DNA of 64,000 nucleotides, taken from NCBI RefSeq assembly GCF_003018235.1, contig NZ_CP027437.1. The stretch is one strand, 5' to 3'. Made by a program: the position numbers and the translations under genes. Every line of letters starts with the position of its first letter. Positions within the stretch are counted from its first letter, which is position 1. Below the pieces are notes generated by a model that did not search any database, was not told the DNA's origin, and was given only the letters and a program-made list of their open reading frames with translations. Of this stretch, positions 46,253 to 59,718 are shown one piece after another. Source of the stretch: Escherichia coli. Its GTDB lineage: Bacteria; Pseudomonadota; Gammaproteobacteria; Enterobacterales; Enterobacteriaceae.

Positions 46253-48493
46253 ATGAACAAGAAGATTCATTCCCTGGCCTTGTTGGTCAATCTGGGGATT
46301 TATGGGGTAGCACAGGCACAAGAGCCAACCGATACTCCTGTTTCACATGACGATACCATTGTCGTTACCGCCGCCGAGCAGAACTTGCAGGCGCCTGGCG
46401 TTTCGACCATCACCGCAGATGAAATCCGCAAAAACCCCGTTGCCCGCGATGTCTCGGAGATCATCCGTACCATGCCAGGCGTTAACCTGACCGGTAACTC
46501 CACCAGTGGTCAGCGTGGGAATAACCGACAGATTGATATTCGCGGTATGGGTCCGGAAAACACGCTGATTTTGATTGACGGCAAGCCGGTAAGCAGCCGT
46601 AACTCGGTGCGTCAGGGCTGGCGTGGCGAGCGCGATACCCGTGGTGATACCTCCTGGGTGCCACCTGAAATGATTGAACGTATTGAAGTTCTGCGTGGTC
46701 CGGCAGCTGCGCGTTATGGCAACGGCGCGGCGGGCGGCGTGGTTAACATCATTACCAAAAAAGGCAGTGGTGAGTGGCACGGCTCCTGGGACGCATATTT
46801 CAATGCGCCAGAACATAAAGAGGAAGGTGCCACTAAACGCACCAACTTCAGCCTGACCGGTCCGCTGGGCGACGAATTCAGCTTCCGCTTGTATGGCAAC
46901 CTCGACAAAACCCAGGCTGACGCGTGGGATATCAACCAGGGCCATCAGTCCGCGCGTGCCGGAACGTATGCCACGACGTTACCAGCCGGGCGCGAAGGGG
47001 TAATTAACAAAGATATTAATGGCGTGGTGCGCTGGGACTTCGCGCCATTGCAATCGCTGGAACTGGAAGCAGGTTACAGCCGCCAGGGCAACCTGTATGC
47101 GGGCGACACCCAGAACACCAACTCCGATTCCTATACCCGCTCGAAATATGGCGATGAAACCAACCGTCTGTATCGCCAGAACTACTCGCTGACCTGGAAC
47201 GGCGGCTGGGATAACGGAGTGACCACCAGCAACTGGGTGCAGTACGAACACACCCGTAACTCGCGTATTCCGGAAGGTCTGGCGGGCGGTACCGAAGGGA
47301 AATTTAACGAAAAAGCGACACAGGATTTCGTCGATATCGATCTTGATGACGTGATGCTGCACAGCGAAGTTAACCTGCCGATTGATTTCCTCGTTAACCA
47401 GACGCTGACGCTGGGTACGGAGTGGAATCAGCAGCGGATGAAGGATTTAAGTTCCAACACCCAGGCGCTCACTGGGACGAATACCGGCGGTGCTATTGAT
47501 GGTGTGAGTGCGACAGACCGTAGCCCATATTCAAAAGCAGAAATTTTCTCGCTGTTTGCCGAAAACAATATGGAGCTGACTGACAGCACCATCGTAACGC
47601 CTGGGCTGCGTTTCGATCATCACAGCATTGTTGGCAATAACTGGAGTCCGGCGCTGAACATCTCGCAAGGTTTAGGTGATGACTTCACTCTGAAAATGGG
47701 CATTGCCCGTGCTTATAAAGCGCCGAGTCTGTACCAGACTAACCCAAACTACATTCTCTATAGTAAAGGTCAGGGCTGCTATGCCAGCGCGGGCGGCTGC
47801 TATCTGCAAGGTAATGATGACCTGAAAGCGGAAACCAGTATTAACAAAGAGATTGGTCTGGAGTTCAAGCGCGACGGCTGGCTGGCGGGCGTCACCTGGT
47901 TCCGTAACGATTATCGCAATAAGATTGAAGCGGGCTATGTGGCTGTAGGGCAAAACGCAGTCGGCACCGATCTCTATCAGTGGGATAACGTACCGAAAGC
48001 GGTGGTTGAAGGTCTGGAAGGATCGCTAAACGTACCGGTTAGCGAAACGGTGATGTGGACCAATAACATCACTTATATGCTGAAGAGTGAAAACAAAACC
48101 ACGGGCGACCGTTTGTCGATCATCCCGGAGTATACGTTGAACTCAACGCTGAGCTGGCAGGCACGGGAAGATTTGTCGATGCAAACAACCTTCACCTGGT
48201 ACGGCAAGCAGCAGCCGAAGAAGTACAACTATAAAGGTCAGCCAGCGGTTGGACCGGAAACCAAAGAAATCAGCCCGTACAGCATTGTTGGCCTGAGCGC
48301 GACCTGGGATGTGACGAAGAATGTCAGTCTGACCGGCGGCGTGGACAACCTGTTCGACAAACGTTTGTGGCGTGCGGGTAATGCCCAGACCACGGGCGAT
48401 CTGGCAGGAGCCAACTATATCGCCGGTGCCGGGGCGTATACCTATAACGAGCCGGGACGTACGTGGTATATGAGCATTAATACTCACTTCTGA
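46253..48493 (+). CDS. fepA: TonB-dependent ferrienterobactin outer-membrane receptor FepA
   Basis: ORF-track TTG start trimmed to MNKKIHSLALLVNLGIYGVAQA... (746 aa); TonB box DTIVVTA; C-terminal aromatic residue. Confidence 0.96.
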   Translation: MNKKIHSLALLVNLGIYGVAQAQEPTDTPVSHDDTIVVTAAEQNLQAPGVSTITADEIRKNPVARDVSEIIRTMPGVNLTGNSTSGQRGNNRQIDIRGMGPENTLILIDGKPVSSRNSVRQGWRGERDTRGDTSWVPPEMIERIEVLRGPAAARYGNGAAGGVVNIITKKGSGEWHGSWDAYFNAPEHKEEGATKRTNFSLTGPLGDEFSFRLYGNLDKTQADAWDINQGHQSARAGTYATTLPAGREGVINKDINGVVRWDFAPLQSLELEAGYSRQGNLYAGDTQNTNSDSYTRSKYGDETNRLYRQNYSLTWNGGWDNGVTTSNWVQYEHTRNSRIPEGLAGGTEGKFNEKATQDFVDIDLDDVMLHSEVNLPIDFLVNQTLTLGTEWNQQRMKDLSSNTQALTGTNTGGAIDGVSATDRSPYSKAEIFSLFAENNMELTDSTIVTPGLRFDHHSIVGNNWSPALNISQGLGDDFTLKMGIARAYKAPSLYQTNPNYILYSKGQGCYASAGGCYLQGNDDLKAETSINKEIGLEFKRDGWLAGVTWFRNDYRNKIEAGYVAVGQNAVGTDLYQWDNVPKAVVEGLEGSLNVPVSETVMWTNNITYMLKSENKTTGDRLSIIPEYTLNSTLSWQAREDLSMQTTFTWYGKQQPKKYNYKGQPAVGPETKEISPYSIVGLSATWDVTKNVSLTGGVDNLFDKRLWRAGNAQTTGDLAGANYIAGAGAYTYNEPGRTWYMSINTHF

Positions 48494-48532
48494 TGCTAAC
48501 GTCAGATTGTTGACAAAGTGCGCGTAGTTCAT

Positions 48533-48630
48533 GCCGGATGCGGCGTGAACGCCTTATCCGGCCTACAAAAATCTTGCCAATTCAATATATTGCAGGACCA
48601 CGTAGGCCTGATAAGCGTAGCGCATCAGGC
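48533..48630. repeat. BIME: two inverted REP (palindromic unit) elements in the fepA-entD intergenic region
   Basis: gccggatgcggcgtgaacgccttatccggcctac ... gtaggcctgataagcgtagcgcatcaggc, classic REP consensus in opposite orientations. Confidence 0.7.
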
Positions 48631-48667
48631 AGTTTTGCGTTTGTCAACATTCTCTAATATGGTCGAC

Positions 48668-49288
48668 ATGAAAACTACGCATACCGCCCTCCCCTTTGCC
48701 GGAAATACGCTGCATTTTGTTAAGTTCGATCCGGCGAGTTTTCGCGAGCAGGATTTACTCTGGCTGCCACACTACGCACAACTGCAACACGCTGGACGTA
48801 AACGTAAAACAGAGCATTTAGCTGGACGAATCGCTGCTGTTTATGCCTTGCGGGAATATGACTATAAATATGTGCCCGCTATCGGCGAGCTACGCCAACC
48901 TGTGTGGCCTGCGGAGGTATACGGCAGTATTAGCCACTGCGGGACTACGGCATTAGCCGTGGTATCTCGTCAACCGATTGGCATTGATATCGAAGAGATT
49001 TTCTCTGTACAAACCGCAAGAGAATTGACAGACAACATTATTACACCAGCAGAACACGAGCGACTCGCAGAATGCGGTTTAACCTTTTCTCTGGCGCTAA
49101 CACTGGCATTTTCCGCCAAAGAGAGCGCATTTAAGGCATCGGAGAGACAAACTGATGCAGGATTTCTGGATTATCAGATAATTAGCTTGAATAAACAGCA
49201 GATCATCATTCGACTAGAGGATGAGCAGTTTGCTGTGCACTGGCAGATAAAAGAAAAGATAGTCATAACGCTGTGCCAACACGATTAA
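48668..49288 (+). CDS. entD: Phosphopantetheinyl transferase EntD
   Basis: ORF-track 256-aa entry runs through the REP element and is trimmed to MKTTHTALPFAGNTLHF... (206 aa); an alternative ATG lies 9 nt upstream (48659). Confidence 0.88.
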   Translation: MKTTHTALPFAGNTLHFVKFDPASFREQDLLWLPHYAQLQHAGRKRKTEHLAGRIAAVYALREYDYKYVPAIGELRQPVWPAEVYGSISHCGTTALAVVSRQPIGIDIEEIFSVQTARELTDNIITPAEHERLAECGLTFSLALTLAFSAKESAFKASERQTDAGFLDYQIISLNKQQIIIRLEDEQFAVHWQIKEKIVITLCQHD

Positions 49289-49437
49289 TTGACAATACCC
49301 GGAGCGATTCGCCCGCAGCCAATGCTGACTGCGGGCGAAAGTGTAAAGCAGGTGCCTTACTACTCTGACCTGACAACCGGATATGCGGGGATTACTCCCA
49401 TAAGCGCTAACTTAAGGGATTACTCCCCGCACAACGG

Positions 49438-49590
49438 CTACTTCTTCGGTTCGTAAGCGAGAACAGCCTTAAACTCAATATTACGTTCCTTCACCGTAAA
49501 CTCACACAGCGAGTCGCGGACCAGAAGCGTAAATCCCAGCACCGTTAAACACAGCACTATGACTGCCACAAGGGCATATTTCGTCAGCAT
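49438..49590 (-). CDS. Hok-family membrane toxin, copy 1 (in-frame Mok extension from the ATG at 49626)
   Basis: 50-aa [50 protein letters not shown]; GGAGG Shine-Dalgarno lies inside the upstream mok frame ([12 protein letters not shown]). Confidence 0.8.
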   Translation of the reverse strand: MLTKYALVAVIVLCLTVLGFTLLVRDSLCEFTVKERNIEFKAVLAYEPKK

Positions 49591-49624
49591 GTTTATATTG
49601 CCTCCATGCGAAGAAGGGACTACC

Positions 49625-49692
49625 ATCCGAGTTGTTGAGGTTCGGAGTGGCAGCCCCAGGATTGATAGAAATATCTCCTGGGGCTTCATCTT
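49625..49692 (+). ncRNA. Putative Sok-like antisense RNA, copy 1 (boundaries approximate)
   Basis: Plus-strand hairpin gccccagg-N16-cctggggc followed by ttcatcttt, antisense to the mok initiation region. Confidence 0.3.
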
Positions 49693-49940
49693 TCCAGATC
49701 TCAGAGTTAACCTGAAACCGGAAAGCTTCAGGCACCCGCAGCTATCTTACCTTTCCTCAACAAAATAGCTGTTTATTTATACAGCAAATCCTGTTTCGGA
49801 CTTCTGTTGGCAAAACTGATCATTGCCCTTAAAACGACATCGCCCGCAGCCATTGCTGACCGCGGGCGAAAGTGTAAAACAGGTGCCTTACCACCCTGAC
49901 CTGACAACCGGATATGCGGGGATTGCTCCCCGCACAACGG

Positions 49941-50093
49941 CTACTTCTTCGGTTCGTAAGCGAGAACAGCCCTGAACTCAATATTACGTTCGTTCACCGT
50001 AAACTCACACAGCGAGTCTCCGACCAGAAGCGTAAATCCCAGCACCGTTAAACACAGCACTATGACTGCCACAAGGGCATATTTCGTCAGCAT
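49941..50093 (-). CDS. Hok-family membrane toxin, copy 2 (Mok extension from the ATG at 50129)
   Basis: 50-aa [50 protein letters not shown]. Confidence 0.8.
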   Translation of the reverse strand: MLTKYALVAVIVLCLTVLGFTLLVGDSLCEFTVNERNIEFRAVLAYEPKK

Positions 50094-50127
50094 GTTTATA
50101 TTGCCTCCATGCGAAGAAGGGACTACC

Positions 50128-50196
50128 ATCCAAATTGTTCAGGTTTGGGTAGGTAGCCCCAGGGTTGATAGAAATATCGTCCTGGGGCTTCATCTT
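50128..50196 (+). ncRNA. Putative Sok-like antisense RNA, copy 2 (boundaries approximate)
   Basis: Conserved gccccagg...cctggggc hairpin plus U-tract. Confidence 0.3.
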
Positions 50197-50444
50197 TCCA
50201 GACCTCAGAGTTAACCTGAAACCGGAAAGCTTCAGGCACCCGCTGTTATCTTACCCTTCCTCAGCAAAATAGCTGTTTATTTATACAGTGAATCCTGTTT
50301 CGGACTTCTGTTGGCAAAACTGATCATTGCCCTTAAAACGACATCGCCCGCAGCCATTGCTGACCGCGGGCGAAAGTGTAAAACAGGTGCCTTACCACCC
50401 TGACCTGACAACCGGATATGCGGGGATTACTCCCCGCACAACGG

Positions 50445-50597
50445 CTACTTCTTCGGTTCGTAAGCGAGAACAGCCTTAAACTCAATATTACGTTCCTTCA
50501 CCGTAAACTCACACAGCGAGTCTCCGACCAGAAGCGTAAATCCCAGTACCGTCAAACACAGCACTATGACTGCCACAAGGGCATATTTCGTCAGCAT
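50445..50597 (-). CDS. hokE: Hok-family membrane toxin, copy 3 (matches the HokE sequence as I recall it; Mok extension from the ATG at 50633)
   Basis: 50-aa [50 protein letters not shown]. Confidence 0.8.
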   Translation of the reverse strand: MLTKYALVAVIVLCLTVLGFTLLVGDSLCEFTVKERNIEFKAVLAYEPKK

Positions 50598-50631
50598 GTT
50601 TATATTGCCTCCATGCGAAGAAGGGACTACC

Positions 50632-50700
50632 ATCCAAATTGTCTGGTTTGGAGTGGCAGCCCCAGGGTTGATAGAAATATCTCCTGGGGCTTCATCTTTC
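50632..50700 (+). ncRNA. Putative Sok-like antisense RNA, copy 3 (boundaries approximate)
   Basis: Conserved gccccagg...cctggggc hairpin plus U-tract. Confidence 0.3.
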
Positions 50701-51028
50701 CAGACCTCAGAGTAAACCTGAAACCGGAAAGCTTCAGGCACCCGCCGTTATCTTACCCTTCCTCAGCAAAATAGCTGTTTATTTATACAGTGAGTCCTGT
50801 TTCGGACTTCTCACTCCTCATTTGATCAACTGAAGCTGAACCCGTTTTTTTCTGCATGCCTCAATCGTCAAAATTCTTCGCCACCAGCCAGCTCTGCCAT
50901 AACTTGTCACATTGCAAAAGTAGCCAAATTGCTTCAGTCACCATCACCAAAAAAAAGAAACATTCCAGAACTTCCGCATCTCGCCCAGCCGCTCCGACTT
51001 CTATACTGAATAGAAAACGCCAACATAA

Positions 51029-52156
<1,128 letters not shown>

Positions 52157-52221
52157 GCCGGGAATTGCCTTACAGAAGAATATCCCTGACAATGGTGTTT
52201 TAACTTACATTTAACAATGTT

Positions 52222-52470
52222 ATGAAACACCCTTTAGAAACCTTGACCACCGCAGCAGGCATTTTGCTGATGGCTTTCCTTTCTTGCCTGCTGCTACCCG
52301 CCCCCGCACTGGGGCTGACGCTGGCACAAAAACTGGTGACCATGTTCCATCTGATGGATCTTAGCCAGCTTTACACTTTATTGTTTTGTCTGTGGTTTTT
52401 AGTGCTGGGCGCTATTGAGTATTTTGTTCTGCGCTTTATCTGGCGACGCTGGTTCTCGCTGGCGGATTAA
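52222..52470 (+). CDS. ybdJ: Small inner-membrane protein YbdJ (DUF1158)
   Basis: 82-aa two-helix hydrophobic [23 protein letters not shown]... Confidence 0.85.
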
Positions 52471-52534
52471 ACGTCGATTATCGCCGAACTTCGCGGCATA
52501 CTTTGCTTATTCTCCTTCGCCTAAAGGAACGTTT

Positions 52535-52903
52535 ATGGATAAGCAATCACTGCACGAAACGGCGAAACGCCTGGCCCTTGAGTTACCCTTTGTCGAGCTT
52601 TGCTGGCCTTTTGGCCCGGAGTTCGATGTTTTTAAAATTGGCGGCAAGATTTTTATGCTGTCGTCGGAGCTGCGCGGCGTCCCCTTTATCAATCTGAAGT
52701 CCGATCCACAAAAATCCCTGTTAAATCAGCAAATATACCCGAGCATCAAGCCAGGGTATCACATGAATAAAAAGCACTGGATTTCAGTGTATCCCGGCGA
52801 GGAAATCTCCGAAGCGTTACTTCGCGATCTGATCAACGATTCGTGGAATCTGGTGGTTGATGGTCTGGCTAAACGCGATCAAAAAAGAGTGCGTCCAGGC
52901 TAA
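52535..52903 (+). CDS. ybdF: YbdF (DUF419/MmcQ-like) protein
   Basis: Trimmed to [21 protein letters not shown]... (122 aa); AAAGGA Shine-Dalgarno. Confidence 0.88.
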
Positions 52904-52996
52904 AGCGGAAATCTATAGCGCATTTTTCTCGCTTACCATTTCTCGTTGAACCTTGTAATCTGCTGGCACGCAAAATTACTTTCACATGGAGTCTTT

Positions 52997-53650
52997 ATGG
53001 ATATCATTTCTGTCGCCTTAAAGCGTCATTCCACTAAGGCATTTGATGCCAGCAAAAAACTAACCCCGGAACAGGCCGAGCAGATCAAAACTCTACTGCA
53101 ATACAGCCCATCCAGCACCAACTCCCAGCCGTGGCATTTTATTGTTGCCAGCACGGAAGAAGGTAAAGCGCGTGTTGCCAAATCCGCTGCCGATAATTAC
53201 GTGTTTAACGAGCGTAAAATGCTTGATGCCTCGCACGTCGTGGTGTTCTGTGCAAAAACCGCGATGGACGATGCCTGGCTGAAGCTGGTTGTTGACCAGG
53301 AAGATGCCGATGGCCGTTTTGCCACGCCGGAAGCGAAAGCCGCGAACGATAAAGGTCGCAAGTTCTTCGCCGATATGCACCGTAAAGATCTGCATGATGA
53401 TGCGCAGTGGATGGCAAAACAGGTTTATCTCAACGTCGGTAACTTCCTGCTCGGCGTTGCAGCGCTGGGTCTGGACGCGGTACCCATCGAAGGTTTTGAC
53501 GCCGCCATCCTCGATGCAGAATTTGGTCTGAAAGAGAAAGGCTACACCAGTCTGGTGGTTGTTCCGGTAGGACATCACAGCGTTGAAGATTTTAACGCTA
53601 CGCTGCCGAAATCTCGTCTGCCGCAAAACATCACCTTAACCGAAGTGTAA
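52997..53650 (+). CDS. nfsB: Oxygen-insensitive NAD(P)H nitroreductase NfsB
   Basis: Trimmed to [22 protein letters not shown]... (217 aa); GGAG Shine-Dalgarno. Confidence 0.95.
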   Translation: MDIISVALKRHSTKAFDASKKLTPEQAEQIKTLLQYSPSSTNSQPWHFIVASTEEGKARVAKSAADNYVFNERKMLDASHVVVFCAKTAMDDAWLKLVVDQEDADGRFATPEAKAANDKGRKFFADMHRKDLHDDAQWMAKQVYLNVGNFLLGVAALGLDAVPIEGFDAAILDAEFGLKEKGYTSLVVVPVGHHSVEDFNATLPKSRLPQNITLTEV

Positions 53651-53709
53651 TTCTCTCTTGCCGGGCATCTGCCCGGCTATTTCCCCTCAGATTCTCCTGA
53701 TTTGCATAA

Positions 53710-55005
<1,296 letters not shown>

Positions 55006-55007
55006 TT

Positions 55008-55047
55008 AAAAAAACCGCTCTTATCGAATGGATGAGAGCGGTTTCGG
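55008..55047. terminator. Bidirectional terminator between convergent ybdG and pheP
   Basis: aaaaaaa-ccgctcttatcgaatggatgagagcgg-tttcgg. Confidence 0.6.
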
Positions 55048-55085
55048 ATGGTTGACATCATTTTGTCGGATACGGCGTGAATACC

Positions 55086-56462
55086 TTATTTCCGACGCAG
55101 CGTTTTAAACGCTACAAACAGGAATACAATCCACACCGGTAGCAGAATCGCTGACAAGCGCATATCATCCATCGTGCACATCAGCAGCAAAATCATGCCG
55201 AGGAAGGCGATGCAAAGATAGTTGCCGAACGGATAGAGCAGCGCCTTAAACTGTGTTTCACGTCCCTGACGTCGCATCGCCGCGCGAAAACGCAGATGCG
55301 CCAGGCAGATCATAATCCAGTTCAACAGCAGCGTTGCTACCACCAGCGCCATCAGCAGACCAAACGCTTTTTGCGGCAGCAGATAGTTGATTAACACCAC
55401 CAGCGAAGTGATGGCTCCGGAAAGCATCAGCGAGTTAATCGGCACGCCGCGACGGCTGACGCGAGTCAAAAACTTCGGTGCATTACCCTGCACAGAAAGG
55501 CCAAACAGCATCCGGCTGTTAGAGTAAACCCCGCTGTTATACACCGATAACGATGCTACCAGAATGACGAAGTTCAGCGCAGAAGCTACCACGTTGCTGT
55601 CGAGATTATGGAAAATCATCACAAACGGGCTACTGTTGGATTTCACTTCCACCCACGGATAGAGTGCCAGTAAAACCACCAGTGAACCGATGTAAAACAG
55701 CAGGATGCGATAAACCACCTGATTCACTGCTTTAGGGATGCTTTTTTCCGGATCGCGCGCTTCAGCGGCAGTAATCCCAATCAGCTCCAGACCGCCGAAG
55801 GAGAACATAATTACCGCCAGCGACAAAATCAGCCCATTCCAGCCGGTGGCAAAAAAACCACCGTAACGCCAGAGGTTGTCGATACTGGCTTTCTCGCCGC
55901 CGTGACCAGAAAACAGCAGCCACAGACCAAAGCCGATCATGCCGATGATCGCCAGCACTTTAATCAGCGCAAACCAGAACTCAGTTTCGCCATATAAGCG
56001 CACGTTCACCAGGTTAACGGCGTTGATGATAATAAAGAAGGCGGCTGCCCAAATCCACGTTGGAACATCCGGGAACCAGTACTGCATATAGATGCCCGCA
56101 GCGGTCAACTCTGCCATTCCCACCAGCACGAACATCACCCAGTAGTTCCAGCCAGAGAGGAAGCCCGCAAACGGTCCCCAGTATTTATAGGCAAAGTGGG
56201 CAAATGAACCGGATACCGGCTCTTCGACCACCATCTCGCCGAGCTGGCGCATAATCAGGAAAGCGATGATCCCAGCGACGCCGTAGCCCAGCAATACAGC
56301 CGGACCCGCCATCTGAATCGCCGGGCCAATGCCAAGAAACAGACCAGTACCAATTGCGCCACCCAGCGCAATCAGTTGAATATGACGGTTATGTAATCCG
56401 CGATGAAGCGTCGGCTCTTGATTCGACGCAGTATCTTCCGATACGGTTGACGCGTTTTTCAC
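55086..56462 (-). CDS. pheP: Phenylalanine-specific permease PheP (APC family)
   Basis: Trimmed to the GTG giving (M)KNASTVSEDTASNQEPTLHRG... (458 aa); the ORF-track alternative start 12 codons upstream is also GTG. Confidence 0.92.
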   Translation of the reverse strand: MKNASTVSEDTASNQEPTLHRGLHNRHIQLIALGGAIGTGLFLGIGPAIQMAGPAVLLGYGVAGIIAFLIMRQLGEMVVEEPVSGSFAHFAYKYWGPFAGFLSGWNYWVMFVLVGMAELTAAGIYMQYWFPDVPTWIWAAAFFIIINAVNLVNVRLYGETEFWFALIKVLAIIGMIGFGLWLLFSGHGGEKASIDNLWRYGGFFATGWNGLILSLAVIMFSFGGLELIGITAAEARDPEKSIPKAVNQVVYRILLFYIGSLVVLLALYPWVEVKSNSSPFVMIFHNLDSNVVASALNFVILVASLSVYNSGVYSNSRMLFGLSVQGNAPKFLTRVSRRGVPINSLMLSGAITSLVVLINYLLPQKAFGLLMALVVATLLLNWIMICLAHLRFRAAMRRQGRETQFKALLYPFGNYLCIAFLGMILLLMCTMDDMRLSAILLPVWIVFLFVAFKTLRRK

Positions 56463-56563
56463 GCCTTTCCCCTGTGTGTCTTTTTTGTTGAGGGGCACCT
56501 TTTAACATTTAGTGCCCATCGTCGCAAGACACAATCCACACGGTTAAACCGGGTATCCTGCTT

Positions 56564-59500
56564 TTATTTCCGTACCCGATGTCGGTGCAGCCACATCAGC
56601 TTATACGCCGCCGGGATAATAAACAGCGACAGCAAAGGCGCGGTGATCATGCCGCCAATCATCGGCGCGGCAATCCGGCTCATCACCTCTGAACCTGCTC
56701 CCGTTCCCCACAGAATCGGCAGCAGACCAGCGATAATCACCGCCACCGTCATCGCTTTCGGGCGCACGCGCAGGACCGCGCCGTGATACAACGCCTCATC
56801 CAGCTTCTGCTCGCTGAATGTTTGCGGATTATTCAACGACGGCTCGGCCTCTATGGCGTGACGTAAATACATCAGCATCACCACGCCAAATTCGGCGGCG
56901 ACCCCGGCAAGGGCAATAAAACCGGTGCCCGTCGCCACGGAAAGATGAAAGCCCATCCACCACAGCAACCAGATGCCACCCACCAGCGCAAACGGTACGC
57001 TGCTGATAATCAGCAACGCTTCGCCCACCCGACGGAACGCCAAATACAACAGCACGAAGATGATCATCAACGTCATCGGCACCATGAGTTTCAGCTTATG
57101 GTTGGCGCGTTCCAGTAGCTCGAACTGCCCGGAGAATGCCACGCTGGTGCCCGGTTTTAACTGTACTTTTTCAGCTATCGCTTTTTGCAGATCGTGAACC
57201 ACCGACACCATGTCACGATCGCGGGCATCGATATAAATCCAGCTCGTCGGGCGCGCATTCTCGGTTTTCAGCATCGACGGTCCGGTAGAGACTTTAACGT
57301 CGGCCACGTCTGCCAGGGTGATTTGCTGCTTCATCGGCGTCAGGATCGGCAACTGGCGCAGCGCCTGCGGACTATCGCGCCAGCTTTGCGGATAACGCAG
57401 ATTAATTGGATAACGGGCAATCCCTTCCACCGTTTCGCCAACCATCGCCCCGCCCACCGCAGAAGTCACAAACAACTGCACATCCGCCACCGTCATACCG
57501 TAACGTGCGGCTTTTTCACGGTTAATCTCAACGTTGATATAGCGCCCACCTTCCAGCCGCTCGGCAAGCGCAGAAGCTACGCCTGGCACCGTTCGCGCCA
57601 CTTCTTCAATTTGCTCAGCCATCGCGTCGATATCCGCCAGCACAGTGCCGGAAACTTTAATGCCGATAGGGCTTTTAATGCCGGTTGAGAGCATATCGAT
57701 ACGGTTACGAATTGGCGGCACCCACAGATTCGCCAGCCCCGGCAGACGCACGGTGTTATCCAGTTCCTCAATGATTTTGTCCATCGTCATGCCTGGCCGC
57801 CACTGATCTTGTGGCTTAAGCTGGATGGTCGTTTCTACCATCTCCAGCGGAGCAGAATCGGTGGCGGTTTCCGCTTTCCCGGTTTTGCCAAATACCCGCG
57901 CCACTTCAGGTACGCTCATAATCAGCTTGTCGGTTTTTTGCAGCATACTCGCCGCCTCTGCTGCGGAAATCCCCGGCAGCGTCGATGGCATATACAACAA
58001 GTCGCCTTCATTGATCTGCGGTAAAAATTCCCCGCCAACTTTATTGAGCGGCCAGAGAACCGTCAGCACCGAAAGCGCTGCCACCAACAGCGTGGTTTTC
58101 GGCCAGTGCAGTACTTTCAGCAACAGCGGATGATAAACACGAATCAAAAAGCGATTGAGCGGGTTACTGCTTTCCGGCGGAATTTTGCCACGGATCCAGT
58201 AGCCCATCAGGATCGGGATCACTACGATCGCCAGTAGCGCCGCGCCCGCCATCGCATAGGTTTTGGTGAACGCCAGCGGGCCAAACAGACGCCCTTCCTG
58301 CCCTTCCAGGGTGAAGATCGGGATAAACGACAACGTGATAATCAGCAGACTGATAAACAGCGCCGGCCCCACTTCAACAGATGCATCGGTGATCACCTGC
58401 CAGCGCGTTTTATTATCCAGCGTGGCGTCAGGATGCTGGTGCTGCCACTCTTCCAGCCGTTTATGTGCATTCTCGATCATGACGATAGCGGCATCGACCA
58501 TCGCCCCGACGGCAATAGCAATACCGCCCAGCGACATAATATTGGCGTTCAGTCCCTGAAAGTGCATGACAATAAAAGCAATACACAACCCCAGCGGCAA
58601 CGAAATAATCGCCACCAGCGCCGAGCGCACATGCCAGAGAAACAGCGCACAGACTACCGCCACCACAATAAACTCTTCCAGCAACTTGCCGCTGAGGTTG
58701 TCGATGGCGCGGTCAATGAGCTGGCTGCGATCGTATGTTGTAACTATCTCCACGCCTTCCGGCAGACTACTTTTCAGCGTTTCCAGTTTGTCTTTCACGG
58801 CGGCGATCACTTCTCGGGCGTTTTTGCCGGAGCGCAGGATCACCACCCCGCCCGCCACTTCGCCTTCGCCGTTCAGTTCGGCAATGCCCCGGCGCATCTC
58901 CGGGCCAATCTGGACCTTCGCAACATCGCGCAGATAAACGGGCACGCCATTTTCACTGGCTTTTAAAACGATGTGATTAAAGTCGTCGAGCGTTTGCAGA
59001 TAGCCGCTGGCGCGCACCATATATTCCGCTTCCGCCAGTTCGATCGACGAACCGCCCGCTTCCTGGTTTGAAGCATCCAGCGCGCTTTTTACTTCGGCGA
59101 GACTGATGCCATATTGCGCCAGGCGCTGAGGATCGATAACCACCTGATACTCTTTCACCACACCGCCTACCGACGCCACTTCCGCAACGTCAGGAATGGT
59201 TTTCAGCTCATATTTGAGAAACCAGTCCTGCAATGAGCGTAAATCGGCAAGATCGTGCTTACCGCTGCGATCCACCAGTGCATATTCATAGATCCAGCCA
59301 ACACCCGTGGCATCTGGCCCCAGCTCGGCGCTGACTCCCGCAGGGAGCTTACCCTGTACCTGGTTGAGGTACTCCAGCACCCGCGAACGCGCCCAGTACG
59401 GATCGGTGCCATCTTCGAAAATGACATACACATAAGAGTCGCCAAACTGCGAGAAACCGCGCACAGTCTTCGCGCCAGGCACCGACAACATGGTGGTGGT

Positions 59501-59707
59501 TAGCGGATAAGTCACCTGATTTTCAACGATTTGCGGTGCCTGACCGGGATAGCTGGTTTTAATAATCACCTGCACATCGGAGAGATCCGGCAGCGCATCC
59601 ACTGGCGTGTTAATGATGGTCCAGGTGCCCCAGATACTCAGAAACAACGCGCCCATCAGTACCAGAAAACGGTTCGCCACCGAGCGACGAATAATCCATT
59701 CAATCAT
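56564..59707 (-). CDS. cusA: Cu(I)/Ag(I) efflux RND transporter CusA
   Basis: 1047-aa RND ORF, full-length CusA match. Confidence 0.97.
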   Translation of the reverse strand: MIEWIIRRSVANRFLVLMGALFLSIWGTWTIINTPVDALPDLSDVQVIIKTSYPGQAPQIVENQVTYPLTTTMLSVPGAKTVRGFSQFGDSYVYVIFEDGTDPYWARSRVLEYLNQVQGKLPAGVSAELGPDATGVGWIYEYALVDRSGKHDLADLRSLQDWFLKYELKTIPDVAEVASVGGVVKEYQVVIDPQRLAQYGISLAEVKSALDASNQEAGGSSIELAEAEYMVRASGYLQTLDDFNHIVLKASENGVPVYLRDVAKVQIGPEMRRGIAELNGEGEVAGGVVILRSGKNAREVIAAVKDKLETLKSSLPEGVEIVTTYDRSQLIDRAIDNLSGKLLEEFIVVAVVCALFLWHVRSALVAIISLPLGLCIAFIVMHFQGLNANIMSLGGIAIAVGAMVDAAIVMIENAHKRLEEWQHQHPDATLDNKTRWQVITDASVEVGPALFISLLIITLSFIPIFTLEGQEGRLFGPLAFTKTYAMAGAALLAIVVIPILMGYWIRGKIPPESSNPLNRFLIRVYHPLLLKVLHWPKTTLLVAALSVLTVLWPLNKVGGEFLPQINEGDLLYMPSTLPGISAAEAASMLQKTDKLIMSVPEVARVFGKTGKAETATDSAPLEMVETTIQLKPQDQWRPGMTMDKIIEELDNTVRLPGLANLWVPPIRNRIDMLSTGIKSPIGIKVSGTVLADIDAMAEQIEEVARTVPGVASALAERLEGGRYINVEINREKAARYGMTVADVQLFVTSAVGGAMVGETVEGIARYPINLRYPQSWRDSPQALRQLPILTPMKQQITLADVADVKVSTGPSMLKTENARPTSWIYIDARDRDMVSVVHDLQKAIAEKVQLKPGTSVAFSGQFELLERANHKLKLMVPMTLMIIFVLLYLAFRRVGEALLIISSVPFALVGGIWLLWWMGFHLSVATGTGFIALAGVAAEFGVVMLMYLRHAIEAEPSLNNPQTFSEQKLDEALYHGAVLRVRPKAMTVAVIIAGLLPILWGTGAGSEVMSRIAAPMIGGMITAPLLSLFIIPAAYKLMWLHRHRVRK

Positions 59708-59718
59708 TGGTTATTCCC

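Larger units (their letters stand above)
49310..50808. repeat. Tandem array of three hok/mok/sok type I toxin-antitoxin units (about 531, 504 and 464 bp)
   Basis: Direct repeats starting cgcccgcagcca(a/t)tgctgac at 49310, 49841 and 50345; each carries a Hok ORF on the minus strand; copies differ by scattered substitutions, and unit 1 has a roughly 28-bp internal duplication (gattactccc...gattactccc). Confidence 0.85.

Noticed and set aside
48518-48667. N-terminal 50-residue extension of the entD ORF
   Set aside because: The extension is translated straight through the REP/BIME palindromes; the real start is the ATG at 48659 or 48668.
49559-49768. Plus-strand ORFs inside the hok units (also 50418..50774)
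   Set aside because: They lie antisense to mok/hok and differ in frame and length between otherwise near-identical units; this strand more plausibly encodes the non-coding Sok RNA.
49310-50808. Repeat array considered as CRISPR or IS-derived
   Set aside because: Units are about 500 bp, each contains a Hok ORF, and there are no short repeat-spacer periodicity, cas genes, terminal inverted repeats or transposase; it is a tandem gene duplication.
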